From an uncultured Gemmatimonadales bacterium (GTDB lineage: Bacteria > Gemmatimonadota > Gemmatimonadetes > Longimicrobiales > RSA9): a stretch of DNA of 64,000 nt. The notes below the pieces were generated by a model. It was given only the letters and a program-made list of their open reading frames with translations, was not told the origin of the DNA and ran no database searches. Of this stretch, positions 21,790-31,075 are shown piece by piece (the first letter of the stretch is position 1; every line of letters begins with the position of its first letter). The stretch spans positions 384,001 through 448,000 of the forward strand of contig CAVUKA010000003.1 of assembly GCA_963741945.1 (NCBI GenBank). Reading direction: 5' to 3'. The position numbers and the translations under genes were made by a program.

Positions 21790-23060
21790 TGTCTCCCACC
21801 CATCCGCGGCCCACGGGAATGGACCGGGTGCGGAACACGCTCCGGGAGTTCGGCCTGACGGCCGGGACGCTGGGAACGACATCCGCCCAGACGGCCATGG
21901 TGGCGTTGCTCCCGATCCTGCTGGCGCGCTACACGAACTCGGCCGTGCTCATCGGCTTCGCCATCGGCGGCGAGGGGATCCTGGCGATGCTGGTGCCGTA
22001 CTGGGTCGGCGCGGCCAGCGACCACCTATCTCCGCGACTGGCGGAGCGGTTCGGCCGTCGCACGTTCTTCCTGCTGGTCAGCGCGCCCGTGCTCGCGGCG
22101 TCCGTGGTCGTAGCGCCGCTGCTGCACGGGTACTGGCCGATCGCGGGCGCCGCGTTCGTCTTCTTCTTCGCCCTGCACGGCTACCTGGCGCCGCTGTGGG
22201 CGCTCATGGTGGACGAAGTGCCGCAGGAACGGCGCGGCCGGGTCCAGGGAGTGCGTGGTGCGCTCCACTCCATGGGGCTGGCGTTCGGGCTGGTGGCCGG
22301 CGGCCTCCTCTTCTCGATCTGGGAGCCGCTGCCGTTCGTCACGGCCGCGGCACTGGTCCTGGTCACGACGGCCATCACCTATTACTCGGCCCCGCGCTCG
22401 TCGGCGGCCGTGACCCAGGGTGACACGTCGGACGTGCTGAAGGTCTGGCGTCGTCTGAAGGGACGGCCGGCCGTGGGCTGGATGTTGCTGGCGAACGCAC
22501 TCTGGACCAGCGGTGTGGACGGGATCCGCCCTTACATCTTCCTGTTCGCCACGGTGGTGCTGGGGATCACAGTGGCCCAGACGTCGCTGCTGCTCACGGT
22601 GGTGGTGGTGGGTGTGGGACTGGGCGCGCTGACGCTGGGATATCTCGGGGACAAGCTGGGCCACGCCAAGCTGCTGGGCATCGGCGTCGCCATCACCGGC
22701 GCGGCCATGGTCGCGGGGTTCTTCGTCCGGAGCTGGATTCCGGCCGTGGGACTCATGCTCTTCGCCGGTCTGGGCGCGGCCACTCAGGTCTCGCTGGCCT
22801 ACCCTCTGTACACGTCCATGATCCCCGACAGGGGTATAGGGCGGGACACGGGGCTCTACATCGTCACCATCGGTGTGGGCCGGATCGTCGCACCGGTGGT
22901 GATCGGCGCCGCCATCGACCTGGGCCGCTCCACGTTGCCCGAGACGAAAGGTTATCCGTACATGTGGCCGATCGCGGGCATGCTCACGCTGCTCGGGTTG
23001 GCAGCGCTCACGCGGTCGATGCACCACGCCCGCCGCTCGCCGCGGCTGGACCCGACCTGA
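21789..23060 (+). CDS. MFS transporter
   Basis: About 12 TM segments; GAASD...FGRR and GYLGDKLG motifs; TGATG overlap with the DMT gene. Confidence 0.88.
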   Translation: MSPTHPRPTGMDRVRNTLREFGLTAGTLGTTSAQTAMVALLPILLARYTNSAVLIGFAIGGEGILAMLVPYWVGAASDHLSPRLAERFGRRTFFLLVSAPVLAASVVVAPLLHGYWPIAGAAFVFFFALHGYLAPLWALMVDEVPQERRGRVQGVRGALHSMGLAFGLVAGGLLFSIWEPLPFVTAAALVLVTTAITYYSAPRSSAAVTQGDTSDVLKVWRRLKGRPAVGWMLLANALWTSGVDGIRPYIFLFATVVLGITVAQTSLLLTVVVVGVGLGALTLGYLGDKLGHAKLLGIGVAITGAAMVAGFFVRSWIPAVGLMLFAGLGAATQVSLAYPLYTSMIPDRGIGRDTGLYIVTIGVGRIVAPVVIGAAIDLGRSTLPETKGYPYMWPIAGMLTLLGLAALTRSMHHARRSPRLDPT

Positions 23061-23074
23061 GGAGGGACGACGGC

Positions 23075-24190
23075 ATGAGCCCTGGCCCGCACGACGCCGA
23101 TCGGCCCGGCCCACCCCCACCCCTGCGGCCGGCGGAGCGCCTCGACCCGAGCATCTTCCACCTCCCCGTGGAGCGGATGCGCAGCGGCTATTACTCGGAC
23201 AAGTACTTCGTACGCGCCAGGGAAGTTCTCATTGCCGATGGCCACGACCCCGTGGTCACGATGCAGGTGTTCCAGAAGAAGGCGGCATGGCTGGGCGGGA
23301 TGGATGAGGCCATTGCCATCCTCAAGCTGTGCCTGACCGAGGGGTACGGGTGGAAGGACCTGGAAGTGCGCGCACTCCACGACGGCGACCGGATCAGCGC
23401 GTGGGAGACAGTGCTCGAGATCACCGGTCCCTACGCCGCGTTCTCCCACCTGGAGACGCTCTTCGTGGGAGTGCTGGCCCGCCGGACGGGCGTGGCGACG
23501 AACACGCGCGAGGTGGTGGAGGCCGCGTGGCCGAAGACGGTGATGTTCTTCCCCGCGCGGCACGACCACTGGCTGGTGCAGACGGGCGACGGGTACGCCG
23601 CGCACATCGCGGGGGCAATCGGGGTATCGACGGACGCGCAGGCTTCCTGGTGGGGCTCCGAGGGGCTGGGCACGGTGCCGCACGCCCTGATCGCGGCGTA
23701 CGCCGGGGATACCGTCCGCGCCTCGGAAGCGTTCGCGCGTCACATGCCGGCGGAAGTCGGCGTCATTGCCCTCGTGGACTTCGAGAACGACTCGGTGCGC
23801 ACCTCGCTGGCCGTGGCCCGCGCGCTGGGCAGTCGGCTGCACGGCGTGCGGCTGGACACGTCGGAGAGCATGGTGGATGAGTCGATCCGAGCGGCGATGG
23901 GCGACTTCGACCCGCGGGGCGTGAACCCGCAGCTCGTGCACAACGTCCGCGATGCGCTGGACGCGGAAGGGTTCCAGCACGTGGAGATCGTGGTGTCGGG
24001 CGGGTTCACGGCGACCAAGATCCGGCACTTCGAGCGCCTTGGCGTTCCCGTGCAGAGCTATGGTGTGGGCTCGTCGCTCTTCCGGGACCGGTTCGACTTC
24101 ACCGCGGACGTGGTCCGGCTGGCAGGTGAGCCGATGGCGAAAGTGGGGCGTCGCTACCGCGCCAACCCGCGGCTCGAGAACGTGGACTGA
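23075..24190 (+). CDS. Nicotinate/quinolinate phosphoribosyltransferase family protein
   Basis: YSDKYF, GTVPHALI, GVRLDTS, IVVSGG and YGVGS motifs. Confidence 0.85.
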   Translation: MSPGPHDADRPGPPPPLRPAERLDPSIFHLPVERMRSGYYSDKYFVRAREVLIADGHDPVVTMQVFQKKAAWLGGMDEAIAILKLCLTEGYGWKDLEVRALHDGDRISAWETVLEITGPYAAFSHLETLFVGVLARRTGVATNTREVVEAAWPKTVMFFPARHDHWLVQTGDGYAAHIAGAIGVSTDAQASWWGSEGLGTVPHALIAAYAGDTVRASEAFARHMPAEVGVIALVDFENDSVRTSLAVARALGSRLHGVRLDTSESMVDESIRAAMGDFDPRGVNPQLVHNVRDALDAEGFQHVEIVVSGGFTATKIRHFERLGVPVQSYGVGSSLFRDRFDFTADVVRLAGEPMAKVGRRYRANPRLENVD

Positions 24191-24253
24191 AGCCCGTCCG
24201 GGCCCGCATACGCGACGCGTAGAGCAGGCCCTCCCCCGGGGACGGGCCGCTGG

Positions 24254-25303
24254 CTACCAGCGGGCGCGCTTCCCCCGCACGTCGATGTGGATGAACGGCC
24301 CGTGGACGCCGTTGTCGTGGTAGATGCCCGCGCCGCCCACGAGGTCCGGATGGCGAGCCTCCACCCGCTCCACGGCCCGGAGCACCACGCGCGCATCGCC
24401 GGTATCCCGCCGCCCATCCCCGTTCAGGTCATCCATGTACCAGTCACTGTCGTTGTCGACCCAGACGTCGGCGGCGTCGCCGTACTGGTGGCGACTGAGG
24501 ACGGCCCGGCCGCTGGAAAGCCCCTTGCGGTTGTACTGCGGCGTGCGGAACCCGCTCATGACCACCATGTGCCGAGCCGGGGCGCCGTCGCGATCCAGCT
24601 GCTGCATGACCAGCTCCAGCTTGTCCAGCAGACGCTCGTCCAGCACCACATACTTGGGCCAGGTCGCGCCCTGGTCGTGCGTCAGGAAATTTGCGAGCGT
24701 GAAATGCTCACTCAGCCGCAGCCCCTCGTTCTCCGGAGTCACCCGGATGAAACCGGCGGGCGGGGCATAGCGGTCGCTCCGGCGCTCCCCTTCCGTCGGC
24801 CATGTCCCCATGAAGTAGCTCCCCAGGTAGCCGCGCCGCTTCTCCCGGAACGGGATGCGGACGATCAGGCGGAAGTCGGAAGCGAACGCGCGCCGGGCCT
24901 CGCCGTCGCCGAGCTCGAGCTCGTACACGCCCGGCTGGGAGGGCGCGACGGCCGCATCGGCGGGGCCCAGTGCCCCTTCGTTGCCGCTCGCCTCGGTTCC
25001 GAGGACCGGCCGCCAGCGATAGTGGACCCCGTCCGGCCGAGAGGCGTCCCACGCCAGCGGCAGCGATACCAGCGCGCCGGCATCGACGATCCGGGCGTGC
25101 AGCGATCCGCTCGTTCCGCGAGCGGCGGCATCGAGTCGGACCGGCAGCCCTGCGAGGCCAGCGTCGCCGGAGTCGCCCGCGACGGGCGTCGCGGGCCGGA
25201 CACCCCGGAGCGCCGGCGCGGGCGCCCACGCCAGTGCGGCTCCCCCGGAAAGCAGGGCGATCGTGGCGAGGGTCCGCCGAATCGGGCGCGCGTTGGCGAG
25301 CAT
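24254..25303 (-). CDS. Secreted peptidase M15 (Zn D-Ala-D-Ala peptidase / YcbK-like) protein
   Basis: LSEHFTL, MSGFRTPQYN, SRHQYGDAAD and FIHIDVR motifs; signal peptide. Confidence 0.82.
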   Translation of the reverse strand: MLANARPIRRTLATIALLSGGAALAWAPAPALRGVRPATPVAGDSGDAGLAGLPVRLDAAARGTSGSLHARIVDAGALVSLPLAWDASRPDGVHYRWRPVLGTEASGNEGALGPADAAVAPSQPGVYELELGDGEARRAFASDFRLIVRIPFREKRRGYLGSYFMGTWPTEGERRSDRYAPPAGFIRVTPENEGLRLSEHFTLANFLTHDQGATWPKYVVLDERLLDKLELVMQQLDRDGAPARHMVVMSGFRTPQYNRKGLSSGRAVLSRHQYGDAADVWVDNDSDWYMDDLNGDGRRDTGDARVVLRAVERVEARHPDLVGGAGIYHDNGVHGPFIHIDVRGKRARW

Positions 25304-25373
25304 CACGTCTCCTTTGCTGTCCTTCTCATGCGGTCGCGCCAGGCGACCAGGCGGAGTCAAAGCCGTCCGCGGG

Positions 25374-26411
25374 TCAGCTCCCGGGCCGGATCTCGAGCAG
25401 GTCGAGCACCGGCGCGCCCGTCAGAGCGGAGCTGGCGGTGCGGACCCTGGCGAGGATTCGGACCTGCTGCAGCGGCTCCAGCTTCTTCGCGGCATCCAGC
25501 CGGTCCGGTGGTACGGCGACGTAGACGAACCCCGCGTCGTCGCCCGGGAGCCGGGCGAGGATGAACGGCTCGCCTTCGACGAAATCCCGCCGGAAAGCCT
25601 CGGCGGACTGCAGCGCGATGAACTGGATTGTCCATTGTACCAGTGAGCCGCGGAATCGATCCGGGTCAGCCTGAAGGGCGGCGCGGTCGGCGGCGGACGC
25701 CATCGCGCTCGCGGCCGTGTCGTCGCCCGCGAGCGCAGCCGCGGGGACCCACCCCTCGATTCTGACGCGAGCCCACTGCCCTTGCCGCGCGAGCACTTCC
25801 ACGGTCCCCCGGGGGCGGACGGCGGCCAGCGTGTCACCCGTCGGATCCGCGAGAATGGCGATAGAGCGTCGCCCCACCCGTACGAAGCCGCGCTCGCCCC
25901 GGTCGGCCGACGACGCCGTTGCGGAGGCCGCGGTATCCGCGCGGACCGGCGGGGCGGACGGTCCGGGCTCGGCGCCGGCGGCGACCTGGCCGCCTGGCGC
26001 CGCGGGCGCGAGCTGCAGCGACGGTTCCCAGATCCACCCGCTCCGCCGCACCCGGATCCACGGTCCGCTCGTCTTCACGTGGTCCAGACCCGCGCCCGGC
26101 CGCAGTCGGGCGGCGACCGGACCGTTCGGGCTCGCGCGCAGGTTCTCGCCCGCTGCCGCCGAGACCGCGAGGTCGTGCCCGTCGCGCGCCTCCTTGCGCA
26201 CCGATGCGGCCCAGATCCAACCCTCGAGCGTGACCTCCCGCCAGCGGCCCTGGCGCTCGCCGGGCGCGAGCTCGATGCCCTTCCGGACCGACGCCAGCAC
26301 CGCGGCCGATGGCGCCACCCTGAAGTTCTCGCTGTCCGGCACCACCGTAGCGCTCTGAGCGGTTGCGCCGGCGCGCGGGAACAGGAGGGCGAAAGCGACA
26401 AATGTCGCCAT
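25374..26411 (-). CDS. Secreted SH3-repeat protein with probable C-terminal OB-fold (start uncertain)
   Basis: Three WxxVxxxGW(I/V) SH3b-like repeats (WREVTLEGWI, WIRVRRSGWI, WARVRIEGWV). Confidence 0.65.
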   Translation of the reverse strand: MATFVAFALLFPRAGATAQSATVVPDSENFRVAPSAAVLASVRKGIELAPGERQGRWREVTLEGWIWAASVRKEARDGHDLAVSAAAGENLRASPNGPVAARLRPGAGLDHVKTSGPWIRVRRSGWIWEPSLQLAPAAPGGQVAAGAEPGPSAPPVRADTAASATASSADRGERGFVRVGRRSIAILADPTGDTLAAVRPRGTVEVLARQGQWARVRIEGWVPAAALAGDDTAASAMASAADRAALQADPDRFRGSLVQWTIQFIALQSAEAFRRDFVEGEPFILARLPGDDAGFVYVAVPPDRLDAAKKLEPLQQVRILARVRTASSALTGAPVLDLLEIRPGS

Positions 26412-26622
26412 GGCGGAGGTGCCGCGAGTCACCACGTCGTCCAAGCCTCTGTCATCCAGCGGGTTAGAAGGTGAACGAGCAAGCTTACGACGCGGCGGTG
26501 AGCGCGTCAACGCGGCCGGAGGTCCTCGCTTGCGTGCCCCGGGCACCGATTCTAGCTTCCGCGCACCGAGCACGCGGCCAGGACATGCCGCTTTCCCAGG
26601 AGCCGAGCCGATTCCCGTGAGC

Positions 26623-27345
26623 ATGCGCAGGACCCTCGCAGCCGTCGCCGCGCTGGCGGCCCTCGTCGCCGCCGCCAGGCCGACCGCAGCGCAGACAATC
26701 CCGTCTCCCTACGACTTCGTGGAGACCTCCCAGAGCGTACAGCTCTACGGGACCTACATCTCCGCCGGGCAGGGTTCGATCGGGATCGGACCCGCGTCCG
26801 GGGCGGCGCTGGCGGTGGGCTACGCGGTCCGGGTCACCGGCCCGTTCGAGTTCGACACCCGCCTCACCTTCTTCCCGACCACCCGCACCGTCTACGACCT
26901 GGCCGCCGAGCAGCCGGATACGGCGACGCTGCGCGCCAACCCCATGGCCGGCCTCGAATCGCTCGGTACCGCAGACCTCTCCCTCGTGCTGCTCGATGCA
27001 TCGCTGCGCTTCGACCTGACGGGGCCCCGCACGTGGCACCGCCTCCAGCCGTTCGCCCTCATCGGCGTCGGCGGCGTGGTGAAGGTGTCCAGCAACAATT
27101 CGGTGGAAGAGAACCTGCCCACGGACGTGGATCTGCGCGTCCGCTTCCACGACGGCTTCACGGGGCACGTGGGGGCCGGTGTCGAATGGCACGCCAGCGA
27201 CCACATCAGCGCCCGCTTCGACGCCCGCGACCTGCTGTGGAAGATCCACGTCCCGCAGGGCTTCATCGACGCCGGTCGGCTCATCAGCTCCGACGAGTGG
27301 GTGCAGACGGTGCACCTGAACCTGGGGCTGGTGGTGCGCTTCTAG
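26623..27345 (+). CDS. Outer-membrane beta-barrel protein
   Basis: Signal peptide, amphipathic beta strands, C-terminal LGLVVRF. Confidence 0.75.
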   Translation: MRRTLAAVAALAALVAAARPTAAQTIPSPYDFVETSQSVQLYGTYISAGQGSIGIGPASGAALAVGYAVRVTGPFEFDTRLTFFPTTRTVYDLAAEQPDTATLRANPMAGLESLGTADLSLVLLDASLRFDLTGPRTWHRLQPFALIGVGGVVKVSSNNSVEENLPTDVDLRVRFHDGFTGHVGAGVEWHASDHISARFDARDLLWKIHVPQGFIDAGRLISSDEWVQTVHLNLGLVVRF

Positions 27346-27418
27346 GCCACCTCGGCGAAAAGCGGCGGCACCGGCGTTGCGTCGTCCTACTCCGGATCAC
27401 CCACCCGGAGGCGACGCA

Positions 27419-27901
27419 ATGGCGGATTACGAAGGCTCAGTGAACCTGGACCAGATGACGGATGAGGACGTCTGTGACCTGGTGCAGGAGCGGCTGAAGG
27501 AGGACGAGGAGTTCGACGCCGACAACGTGGAGGTCTCGATTTCCGACGGTCGGCTGGTGGTGGACGGGCGCGTGGGCACGGAGGGCGAGCGGCAGTACGT
27601 GGACCAGGTGCTGAGCGCTCTCGGCGCCACGGATTTCGAGAACAACGTGGTGGTGGACGAGCTGCGGCGGGGCGAGCGCTCGGAAGCGGCCGACATCGCG
27701 CACATGGAGGACGTCGCGAATCAGGCGCCGCTGGGGGAGTCAGCGAAGAGCGCGTCCGACACGGCGGACCACCGCCTCGGCGAGGAAGCGCCGGAGCTCT
27801 ACGGCACGCAGGACATGAAGAAGGCCATCCAGGAGGGGGACACGTACAACCCCCCCACGGGCCCGGTGCAGGAGGGTGTGCGCGGCGACGAGAACCACTG
27901 A
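27419..27901 (+). CDS. Acidic BON domain protein
   Basis: RBS GGAGG; MTDEDV...VEVSISDGRLVVDGRV...NNVVV. Confidence 0.8.
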   Translation: MADYEGSVNLDQMTDEDVCDLVQERLKEDEEFDADNVEVSISDGRLVVDGRVGTEGERQYVDQVLSALGATDFENNVVVDELRRGERSEAADIAHMEDVANQAPLGESAKSASDTADHRLGEEAPELYGTQDMKKAIQEGDTYNPPTGPVQEGVRGDENH

Positions 27902-27984
27902 AGACCGCCGCGCTGGACGTCTTTCCCCCGGACGATGGCGGCGCCATTGGTTGAGGCGACCCGGGCGCCGGCTATATTCAGCCC

Positions 27985-28716
27985 ATGACCCGGAACGTGC
28001 GCGCAGTACCCGAAGACCCCGTGCGGCTGACCGTGAACGGCGGCATCGTCGCCACGTGGAGCTGTTCGCCCGACGCCCTGGAAGCGCTCGGCGCCGGCCG
28101 CCTCCTGACGCTCGGCTTCATCCGCGATCGCCGCGACCTGCTGGAGCTGGACGTCCCCGGGGCGACCGACGGCATCCTCCGCATCGAGGCCCGCGTCGCC
28201 CCGGAGCGGGCGATGGCGGCGGCGGCGGAGCGCGACCACCGGCGCGCGCACGGCTGTGGGCTGCGCTACCTGGTCGACTGCCGCAGCGACCTCCTCCCCG
28301 CCCGTGGTCCGGCGGCGGCGGGAGCGCCAGGCGCCGACGCGGCGAGAGAGCTGTTCCGGGAGTTGATGGAGCGCTCGCCCAGCCGGCAGGGCGCCGGCGG
28401 GCACCACACCGCCGCCCTCAGTGATGGCGAGCGGCTGGTGTACGTGTTCGAGGAGGTGGGGCGGCACAACGCGGCCGACAAAGTGATCGGCGCCGCACTG
28501 CTGGACGACGTGCCGCTGGAGCGCCACGGCCTGGTCACCAGCGCGCGGATCAGCGGGGAAATGGCAGAGAAAGCAGCCCGGGCCGGGCTCGGCTGGGTGG
28601 CCAGCCGCTCCGTCCCCACCACGCTCGCGGTCGCCATCGCCGCGGCCGCCCGCGTGCCCTTGCTGGCGCGCGCCCCCTCCCCCGACGCCCGGCTCTTCGA
28701 TCCGGGGGTGGCGTGA
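27985..28716 (+). CDS. fdhD: Formate dehydrogenase accessory sulfurtransferase
   Basis: HGCG, VGRHNAADKVIG, SARISGEM and SVPTTLAV motifs. Confidence 0.9.
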   Translation: MTRNVRAVPEDPVRLTVNGGIVATWSCSPDALEALGAGRLLTLGFIRDRRDLLELDVPGATDGILRIEARVAPERAMAAAAERDHRRAHGCGLRYLVDCRSDLLPARGPAAAGAPGADAARELFRELMERSPSRQGAGGHHTAALSDGERLVYVFEEVGRHNAADKVIGAALLDDVPLERHGLVTSARISGEMAEKAARAGLGWVASRSVPTTLAVAIAAAARVPLLARAPSPDARLFDPGVA

Positions 28717-29348
28717 CGCCGTTCGGCGCCATCCTGGCCGGAGGCGAGAGCAGCCGGTACGGCTCCCCCAAAGCGCTGGCCCGAGTGGGCGGCGTGCGGA
28801 TCATCGACCGCGTGGCCGCGGCTCTCGGGGCCGTGACGCCGGATCTCGTACTGCTGGCCAACGAGCCGGCGCTCTTTCCCGACCTCCGGCTCCCCACGCG
28901 CCCGGACGTGCACCGCGGGCTGGGCGCGCTGGGCGGGATCCATTCCGCACTGGTGTGGGCCCGGGAGTCGGAGCGGCCCGGGATCATTGCCGTGGCGTGC
29001 GACATGCCGTTCCCCTCCACGCCGCTGCTGCGCAGGCTCCGGGATGTCGCGTTCGGGCGTGGCGGCGCCCCGCCCTCCGGCGGCCCGGACCTGGTGGTGC
29101 CGGAGAGCCAGGGACGGCGGGGGATCGAGCCGCTGTTCGCCGCGTACGGCATCGGGTGCCTCGACGCCATCGAAGCCAGGATCCGGGCGGGCGATCACCG
29201 GATGGTCTCGTTTCACGACGATGTCCGCGTGGAGCGCATCCCGCTGGCGGAGGTGTCCTCCATGGGTGATCCGACGAAGATGTTCCTGAACGTAAACACG
29301 CCCGAGGATCGGGACCGGGCCGAGCACGTGCTGGAGGAACTGGAATGA
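28713..29348 (+). CDS. mobA: Molybdenum cofactor guanylyltransferase
   Basis: GAILAGGESSRYGSPKA, GALGGI, ACDMP and FLNVNTPED motifs. Confidence 0.93.
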   Translation: MTPFGAILAGGESSRYGSPKALARVGGVRIIDRVAAALGAVTPDLVLLANEPALFPDLRLPTRPDVHRGLGALGGIHSALVWARESERPGIIAVACDMPFPSTPLLRRLRDVAFGRGGAPPSGGPDLVVPESQGRRGIEPLFAAYGIGCLDAIEARIRAGDHRMVSFHDDVRVERIPLAEVSSMGDPTKMFLNVNTPEDRDRAEHVLEELE

Positions 29349-30661
29349 GCCGACGCCAGAGCGATGTGGACTGGTCCGGCCGTACGGCCGACTGGATCTC
29401 TGTCCGCGAGGCCGTGGAGCGCGGCCTGGCCGCGGTCGACGTCACCCCCGCGGAGGAGGTGCTTCTCCAGGAGTCGCTGGGCCGCGTCCTGGCGGAGGAC
29501 GTGACGTCGCCCGTGAACCAGCCGCCCTGGGACAACAGTGCCATGGACGGCTACGCCGCACGCGCCGATGACCTCGCCGGCGCATCTGCCGAGCACCCGG
29601 TCCGGCTGCGCGTGGTGGACCAGATCCCCGCCGGTGGGTTCCCCTCCCGACCGATCGGAGCGGGCGAGGCGGTCAAGATCATGACCGGTGCCCCCGTGCC
29701 CGAGGGCGCCGATTCCGTGATCCGGGTCGAGCACACGGATGCGGGTGACCAAACGGTCACCATCACCAGCGACTCCGACGCGCGCAGCAACATCCGCCGC
29801 CGTGGCGAGGACCTGGTGGAAGGCGACCTCGCGCTGGCCGCCGGCACCGCCATCGACCCCGCCGCCATGGGCGTTCTCGCCATGGTGGGGCGCGCACGGC
29901 CCCGCGTCCACCGCCGACCCGTCATCGCCGTGCTGTCCAATGGCGACGAGCTCGCGTCGCTCGACGAGTTCGACGACGTCCTCGCCGGGCGCCGCATCGT
30001 CAACTCCAACTCCTATTCCCTCGCCGGCGCCATCGCCGCCACCGGCGCCGTGCCCAGGCTCCTCGGCATCGCCCGCGACGACATGGCGGATATCCGGGCG
30101 AAGATCGAGCTGGCGCTCGACGCCGACGCGCTCATCACCACCGCGGGCGCCGCCGTGGGCCAGCACGACCGCGTCAAGGACGCCCTCGACCAGCTCGGCT
30201 TCGAGCTCGACTTCTGGCGCGTGCGCATGCGACCCGGCAGCCCCGGCTCGCTGGGGCGGATCCCCCGGCCGGACCTCCCTCCGCTCCCCGTCTGGGGACT
30301 CCCAGGCAACCCCGTTTCCGCCCTCGTCACCTACATGGTGCTCGCCCGCCCCGCCGTGCGTCGCATGATGGGACGCGCCGATGTCCACAATGCCGTAATC
30401 CCCGTCGAGGCGGGCGCCCGCATCCCGTCCAAGCCCGACAAGACGCACTTCCAACGCGTGACGCTCGAGCCGGGCGACCCCTTCCCGCTGGCCCGCACCA
30501 CCGGCCCGCAGGGTTCCGGAATCCTCACGTCCATGAGCCGTGCCGCCGCGCTGTTCGTCGTTCCGGAAGGCCGGGCCAGAATGGACACGGGCGAGCGGTC
30601 CGTCGCCATTCCCGTTTCCGGTCCGGACCCCGCTTCGGACGTGTACGGCCTGCCGGATTGA
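29345..30661 (+). CDS. moeA: Molybdopterin molybdenumtransferase
   Basis: NSAMDGYA, IMTGAPVPEGAD, NGDEL and GLPGNPVS motifs. Confidence 0.95.
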   Translation: MSRRQSDVDWSGRTADWISVREAVERGLAAVDVTPAEEVLLQESLGRVLAEDVTSPVNQPPWDNSAMDGYAARADDLAGASAEHPVRLRVVDQIPAGGFPSRPIGAGEAVKIMTGAPVPEGADSVIRVEHTDAGDQTVTITSDSDARSNIRRRGEDLVEGDLALAAGTAIDPAAMGVLAMVGRARPRVHRRPVIAVLSNGDELASLDEFDDVLAGRRIVNSNSYSLAGAIAATGAVPRLLGIARDDMADIRAKIELALDADALITTAGAAVGQHDRVKDALDQLGFELDFWRVRMRPGSPGSLGRIPRPDLPPLPVWGLPGNPVSALVTYMVLARPAVRRMMGRADVHNAVIPVEAGARIPSKPDKTHFQRVTLEPGDPFPLARTTGPQGSGILTSMSRAAALFVVPEGRARMDTGERSVAIPVSGPDPASDVYGLPD

Positions 30662-30672
30662 AGGAACCGCGA

Positions 30673-30749
30673 CGTGGGCTCCGGCCGTGGGCTCCGGCCG
30701 TGGGCTCCGGCCGTGGGCTCCGGCCGTGGGCTCCGGCGTGGCCTCCGGC
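30673..30749. repeat. 13-bp tandem repeat (CGTGGGCTCCGGC x5 plus one degenerate copy)
   Basis: Five exact units at 30673-30737, then GTGGCCTCCGGC. Confidence 0.95.
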
Positions 30750-30806
30750 CTGGAGCCGGCGAGCGGGAGCGGGCGAGCGTCGAGTCAGCCCCTGCAGTCG
30801 CGCGTA

Positions 30807-30914
30807 GATCTCTCCAGCTGGAGAGATCCGGAACCCGGGCATAGCTCATATAGTGTTGTAGGGCAACAACATACATAAGCTGATTGTCCGAGGAGGTCTC
30901 TCCACCTGGAGAGA
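30807..30914. repeat. Two copies of the palindromic motif TCTCTCCA(G/C)CTGGAGAGA flanking an AT-rich core
   Basis: GATCTCTCCAGCTGGAGAGATC (30807-30828, perfect 22-bp palindrome) and TCTCTCCACCTGGAGAGA (30897-30914). Confidence 0.85.
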
Positions 30915-31075
30915 ATGTCCGGGGAGGAGGTACAGGCCGGGCAACCTGTCCGGCGACGCCTCGCCCGGCAGCTGACCTCGCCGCGGCGGCTGACCGCGCG
31001 GCGGCGGCTTGCCTCGCGGGGCGGGGCGGCCGAAGATTCGGCGGACACGCACCCGCAGCCGGAGACCGACTCGCC

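Noticed and set aside
30673-30749. CRISPR array
   Set aside because: The 13-bp units are directly adjacent with no spacers, and there are no cas genes.
30841-30885. dif (XerCD) site or replication origin in the AT-rich patch
   Set aside because: It does not match the dif consensus (no TTATGTTAAAT-like arm), and no DnaA boxes were seen.
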